A DNA stretch of 64,000 bases from an uncultured Gammaproteobacteria bacterium (GTDB taxonomy: Bacteria > Patescibacteriota > Microgenomatia > Levybacterales > GWA1-39-11), in the NCBI GenBank assembly GCA_964485575.1, contig CAZAJO010000010.1, forward strand, positions 450-64,449, read 5' to 3'. The notes under the pieces were generated by a model, which ran no database searches, was not told the origin of the DNA, and saw only the letters and a list, made by a program, of their open reading frames with translations. Shown here piece by piece: positions 59,611-64,000 of the stretch (position 1 is the first letter of the stretch; every line of letters starts with the position of its first letter). The position numbers and the translations under genes are program-made.

Positions 59611-59871
59611 TCATTTCTTTTCGTCTTTTAATTGCTTAAGCTTCCACATAAAAAGTGCCCCTTTTCTGTCAACTTTTGCATCTTTGCAGTAGGAAAGAGC
59701 TTTTTCAAGGATTGAGCGGTGGACTGTCTTTGCCAATTTGATATAAAGAGCCTTATGTTTGTAGTCGTTCAATTCTTCTGAAAGATATATTCCATAGTTC
59801 TGAAATTCGCGTGAGATATATTTGTCTTCTGTCGGGTTAAATTTTTTTAAAATGTCTGAGATTTGGTCCAT
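59611..59871 (-). CDS. hypothetical protein
   Basis: 86 aa; EFQ..G..L.E.L.D..HK.LYIKLAK. Confidence 0.65.
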   Translation of the reverse strand: MDQISDILKKFNPTEDKYISREFQNYGIYLSEELNDYKHKALYIKLAKTVHRSILEKALSYCKDAKVDRKGALFMWKLKQLKDEKK

Positions 59872-59923
59872 TTTGTAGTTTTATTGTATCAGACATTATG
59901 CTACGATAGTGCATGTTTTACTT

Positions 59924-60607
59924 ATGAAATACCCCGTTAACTTTGAAATGGAACTGAAGAAAAACACCCTTGGTGGGCTCTATATTGCTTTCGAGGGAAT
60001 TGACGGGTGTGGAAAGACGACGCAGGTAGAAAGAGTTGCCCAACATTTTAGAGATCAAGGGCGTGAAGTTGTGACAACCCGGGAGCCGAGGAAAGAAGGA
60101 CTGCTTGGAGATGTCATACATAAAGTACTTCTTGGCAATGAAAAACTTCCCACTGCTGCAATTCAATACTTATTTACAGCAGATAGGGTAGCAAATCATC
60201 ATAGTACCGTGCTTCCGGCTCTTGAGAGAGGTGCTGTTGTAGTTACTGATAGATGTCTTTGGTCTGCTGTTGTTTACGGGATATTAGATAGAACAGGAGG
60301 ATTATATGACAAGAGTGATGCCGACGTGATCTTGATATCACAGGGAATACTTTCCATGTACCACCAATTCATTGTTCCAGACTATACATTTTATCTCAAA
60401 GTCTCGGTTGATGAGTCGATGAGACGACTGAGAGCCAAAGACGATACGAAAGAAATCTATGAAGAGGAGTCAAACATCGAAAAGCTATACACGGGATATA
60501 ATTACCTCAAAGAGAGATTTCCTGAAGAGTTAAACGTGATTGATGGCGAAATGAGTATTGAAAAAGTTACAGAAAATATTATAAATATAATCTCACAAAA
60601 GAAATGA
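59924..60607 (+). CDS. tmk: thymidylate kinase
   Basis: FEGIDGCGKTTQ, TREP, DR motifs. Confidence 0.93.
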   Translation: MKYPVNFEMELKKNTLGGLYIAFEGIDGCGKTTQVERVAQHFRDQGREVVTTREPRKEGLLGDVIHKVLLGNEKLPTAAIQYLFTADRVANHHSTVLPALERGAVVVTDRCLWSAVVYGILDRTGGLYDKSDADVILISQGILSMYHQFIVPDYTFYLKVSVDESMRRLRAKDDTKEIYEEESNIEKLYTGYNYLKERFPEELNVIDGEMSIEKVTENIINIISQKK

Positions 60608-60659
60608 TTTTATGACCTTCCATTTTTAGAAACTAGGAAGGGCAAGTAAACTAACAAAC

Positions 60660-61199
60660 ATGATACTTGGACCAAAGATACTACTTGAACTTGTAAAAAA
60701 ACAAAAGCTAGTTGAAAATCTAGCCGATCGGGAGCTGAATAACCCCGAAGGTGCTGGATTTGACCTCAGACTTGGTAAAGTATTCAAGCTGAAAGGAAAT
60801 TCCTTTCTAGGGATAGAGGATAGAAAAACCCCTGATGCAATTCTTGTCAAAGAATTTGATCCAAATAAAAAAAGCTCACTAATTATAAAACCTGGTGAAA
60901 TATATCTTACGGAAACTTATGAGAAATTTAATATGCCAATAGATTTAGTAGGAATCCTGAAGCCAAGAACAACGCTTCAAAGATCTGGTATTATTGCGAG
61001 AATGGCAATTGTCGACCCTGGGTACAGTGGGACTGTTCATCCGTTGCTATATAACGCTGGCCCAGCAACGGTAGAGATTGAGCTTGGGGCACGATATATC
61101 TTTGCAATGTTTATGGAAATTAAAGGAAAAGGAAGTAAATATAGAGGTCAATGGCAAGGCGGGCGAGTAGCCGCAACAAAAAAAGAAAGGCAGGTATAA
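60660..61199 (+). CDS. dcd: dCTP deaminase / dUTPase family protein
   Basis: GFDLRL, PRTTL.RSG, DPGY.G, YRGQWQ. Confidence 0.8.
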   Translation: MILGPKILLELVKKQKLVENLADRELNNPEGAGFDLRLGKVFKLKGNSFLGIEDRKTPDAILVKEFDPNKKSSLIIKPGEIYLTETYEKFNMPIDLVGILKPRTTLQRSGIIARMAIVDPGYSGTVHPLLYNAGPATVEIELGARYIFAMFMEIKGKGSKYRGQWQGGRVAATKKERQV

Positions 61200-61202
61200 C
61201 AG

Positions 61203-61805
61203 TTGGCAAAAAGAGATATTGAGTTTCTTTATGAGATAGGTGCGCTTCGTTTTGTCCAACGTACGTGGAGACAATTCTTCAGAGAGGATGTAGCAAATAA
61301 TTCAGAGCATATGTTTCGAGTCATGTGGACTGCTTTGGCTATTTCAAAGGCAGAAAAAGTTAAGAACGAGGAAAAAATTCTTAAAATGGCGCTCGTTCAC
61401 GACATAGGAGAGAGTAGGTGCCCCGACAGTAACTATCTCTCAAAGAATTACAGCACTCGGGATGAGGATAAGGCTTTAAACGATATGCTTGTTTCAACTG
61501 AGTTTGAAAAAGAATTCGTAGAACTTTTCAATGAATACCATGCCAGAAAGTCAATCGAGGCTAAAATAGTAAAAGACGCCGACAATCTAGATGTTGATTT
61601 TGAAATTGTCGAGCATGCCGCTAATGGTAGCACTCTTATTAAAAATTGGAAAAGTAAGCGTGCTTTAGTCTACAAAGAACTGTTTACTTCTACAGCAAAG
61701 AAAATGTGGAAAGAAATATACAACTCAGACCCTAACGCGTGGCATGTAAAGGGACATGAGAAATACTATAAATTGAAAAAAAACAAAAATGAAAAACAGA
61801 TTTAG
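61203..61805 (+). CDS. HD-domain hydrolase (YfbR/HDDC2-like)
   Basis: SEH.FR, HDIGE, VKDADNLD. Confidence 0.82.
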   Translation: MAKRDIEFLYEIGALRFVQRTWRQFFREDVANNSEHMFRVMWTALAISKAEKVKNEEKILKMALVHDIGESRCPDSNYLSKNYSTRDEDKALNDMLVSTEFEKEFVELFNEYHARKSIEAKIVKDADNLDVDFEIVEHAANGSTLIKNWKSKRALVYKELFTSTAKKMWKEIYNSDPNAWHVKGHEKYYKLKKNKNEKQI

Positions 61806-61840
61806 CTTGAATTCCTAGTCCACATTGTTATAATGCACCT

Positions 61841-62722
61841 ATGGCAGCACCAGAAAGACCAAACAACGAAGTAATTGGACATTTTACCCTAACAGTTCCG
61901 ACAAAACCTCTTGAGGGCGATTATGTTGGTCCCCGTTCTGCATTATTTGTCGCAACAGAGCATTTGGCGGACGTTGGATTCGTTCAATCAGAAATAAATG
62001 ATGTAGTTGTTGTTACAAAAGATGTTGCAGGACTATTGGATTCAGTGACTGAAAATAGGCGTTTCCGGTGGCGTGGAAAGCCAACCGAGTTAGATGGAGG
62101 ACTTGAAACCGACTACAATGCTCAGCAAATAATCGTATATTCATTTGTCACAAGTGGGGATAGTGTTCTCTTTTACGAAAGACCCCATTCTTCAGACTCT
62201 CGTCTTGCAGGAAAAGCCTCTATGGGTTTTGGTGGGCACACAGAAACAACCGACAGAACAGATGTAGCACAGTTTGGAGTAGAACCAAGCGATGATAGAG
62301 AGTTTACTTCTCATGGAGTAGAGGATGGGTCATTAAGTAAAGGAATCCATCGTGAGATTGAAGAGGAGCTGAGTATTTCGTCAGATAAAGTAGACATAAA
62401 GTTAGCAGGTGCTTTTAGAGAGATTCACCCTCAAGAAAGCTTACAAGACAGAACAAAACTACCGGTTGGAACAGTGCATACCTGTATCATTGCTGTTGCT
62501 GATCTCTCCCCCGATGTAGCTGAAATTACATTACAAGCAGAAGAAGTAGGATCAGCAAAATGGGTAAAAATAACAGATATACAAAATGTCTTAAGTAATT
62601 ATGAGGCTTCAGGAGTTATAGTTGAGCCTTGGACAAAAATTGGAACGAGCGAATTCGCAGATGTGTTAGGAGATCTTGCAAAAAGAGAGCCCCAAAAACT
62701 TCCTGAGATAAAAATAAATTAG
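61841..62722 (+). CDS. NUDIX-fold predicted phosphoesterase
   Basis: E.D....QII.Y, RL.GK.S.GFGGH, REIEEEL, VG.VH. Confidence 0.7.
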   Translation: MAAPERPNNEVIGHFTLTVPTKPLEGDYVGPRSALFVATEHLADVGFVQSEINDVVVVTKDVAGLLDSVTENRRFRWRGKPTELDGGLETDYNAQQIIVYSFVTSGDSVLFYERPHSSDSRLAGKASMGFGGHTETTDRTDVAQFGVEPSDDREFTSHGVEDGSLSKGIHREIEEELSISSDKVDIKLAGAFREIHPQESLQDRTKLPVGTVHTCIIAVADLSPDVAEITLQAEEVGSAKWVKITDIQNVLSNYEASGVIVEPWTKIGTSEFADVLGDLAKREPQKLPEIKIN

Positions 62723-62724
62723 TG

Positions 62725-62753
62725 TTGACAGCGCGCTTCTACCGACGTATATT
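62725..62753 (+). promoter_or_regulatory. sigma70 promoter of thyA
   Basis: TTGACA-17 nt-TATATT, 11 nt before the ATG. Confidence 0.75.
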
Positions 62754-62764
62754 TAGATAATTCT

Positions 62765-63742
62765 ATGGCAGAAAAGCACGGTGAATATCAGTACCTCGAT
62801 TTATTAAAAGAAATTCTCAAGAATGGTGAACGGAAAGTTGACCGCGGAACAGACATTGTTCTTTACAGCCTATTCGGTCGACAAACACGATACGATCTCT
62901 CAAAAGGACTTCCAGTTCTGACTACAAAAAAAGTGTATTGGAAAGGGGTTTTGGAGGAGTTGTATTGGTTCATGTCTGGCCAAACAAATATCAAATACTT
63001 GGTCGAAAAAAACGTCAATATCTGGACAGATTATCCATTCAAGATCTATCAAGGGAAGATGGAGAAGGCAAAAAAACCAGCCCTTTCCAAAGAAGAATTT
63101 ACCGAAAAGATAAAAACAAATACTGCTTTTGCAAAGAAGTGGGGGGAATTGCCTCGTATTTATGGAGAGATGTGGAGGGCATGGCCAACGCGAAAAAAAG
63201 GTAGAACGATTGATCAACTAAAATGGGTCATGCAAGAAATGAAAGATGACCCGGATGCCAAGAATTTGATAGTAAATTCGTGGAATCCTGAGTATCTGTA
63301 TACGATGGCGACCAACGAGGATGCTTCAAGATTTCCTATTTGTCACAATATGTTTCAGGTAAGCCGTCGTGGCGACAAATTATCCCTACATCTATATCAG
63401 CGTAGTGCCGACATTTTCCTGGGAGTCCCATTCAATATTGCCTCTTATGCGCTTTTGACTATGGTTTTGGCTCATGTTGCAGGTCTAAAACCGGGTGAAT
63501 TCGTACACACTTTCGGAGACGTTCACATATATGAAAATCATTTGTCGCAAGTAAAAGAACAACTGAAAAGAAAGCCAAAAGCATTTCCGACAATCAAATT
63601 TACGAAAAATTTCAAAAGTATTGATGATTTTCGCCCTGAATATGTAGAACTTGTGAATTACGATCCACACCCAATGCTCAAGGCTGAGCTTACAATTGCT
63701 GGCGGTCTCTATGACAAGAAGACCGGGAAAATGGCAAAGTAA
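62765..63742 (+). CDS. thyA: thymidylate synthase
   Basis: DRGT, LTTKKV, PICH, YQRSAD.FLGVPFNI. Confidence 0.96.
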   Translation: MAEKHGEYQYLDLLKEILKNGERKVDRGTDIVLYSLFGRQTRYDLSKGLPVLTTKKVYWKGVLEELYWFMSGQTNIKYLVEKNVNIWTDYPFKIYQGKMEKAKKPALSKEEFTEKIKTNTAFAKKWGELPRIYGEMWRAWPTRKKGRTIDQLKWVMQEMKDDPDAKNLIVNSWNPEYLYTMATNEDASRFPICHNMFQVSRRGDKLSLHLYQRSADIFLGVPFNIASYALLTMVLAHVAGLKPGEFVHTFGDVHIYENHLSQVKEQLKRKPKAFPTIKFTKNFKSIDDFRPEYVELVNYDPHPMLKAELTIAGGLYDKKTGKMAK

Positions 63743-63768
63743 CTTTTCCTCTGATACAATTTCCCCAT

Positions 63769-64000
63769 ATGTCAGAAAGAATTCATACAGTTGGAGTCGT
63801 TGCTATAAAAGACGAATCAGCTCTTCTTGTGTTGCATGGAGAATCAGCACAGCACCTGACAGGTGTTTGGGGTCTTCCTGGGGGAAGACTGGATCCTGAC
63901 GAAAGTCTTTTGAATGCTGCAGCTCGGGAATTCTGGGAAGAAACGGGTCTTACCCCCGATAAAGAGACAATGGTGCAGTTGCCAACTGTATATCAGGGTG
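63769..64000 (+). CDS. NUDIX hydrolase (runs off window)
   Basis: Hand translation MSERIHTVGV...LPGGRLDPDESLLNAAAREFWEETGL (Nudix box). Confidence 0.88.
   Translation, partial: MSERIHTVGVVAIKDESALLVLHGESAQHLTGVWGLPGGRLDPDESLLNAAAREFWEETGLTPDKETMVQLPTVYQG

Noticed and set aside
2583-62722. Shared M-x-E-R/N-P N-termini of orphan proteins as a secretion signal
   Set aside because: RpmH and the NUDIX gene also start MSER, so this may only reflect start-region bias; too few examples.

Overview
A gene-dense, AT-rich bacterial chromosome segment. Gene content and style point to Patescibacteria/CPR, probably Microgenomates (inference): short ValS, stand-alone 5'-3' exonuclease, ATP-dependent ligase, archaeal-type Cmk and PyrH, VirD4/HerA-like ATPase, DUF4012 and DUF2207 proteins, and -10 boxes 6-8 nt before start codons. 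Most of the window is housekeeping: dnaG-rpoD, rpe/rpiB, two class A PBPs, gap, rpmH-rnpA-yidC-jag, valS, glmS, rplY, six tRNAs, murI/murD/trpS, ftsH, mutM, recF, lig and a tmk-dcd-thyA cluster. Two patterns are not explained by ordinary annotation. (1) Three unlinked GC-rich orphan genes for predicted surface/membrane proteins (5816-6973, 42866-44353, 47923-48282) share one architecture: -10 box, structured leader, Shine-Dalgarno-like site, ORF, a 3' UTR arm that base-pairs with the 5' leader and closes the whole ORF into a loop, then a strong hairpin without a U-tract. (2) Four tRNA genes are each flanked by an exact 13-18 bp copy of their own terminus, with an imperfect complement in between (copy / anti-copy / tRNA end). 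All calls come from reading the sequence and recognising motifs; no database searches were run.
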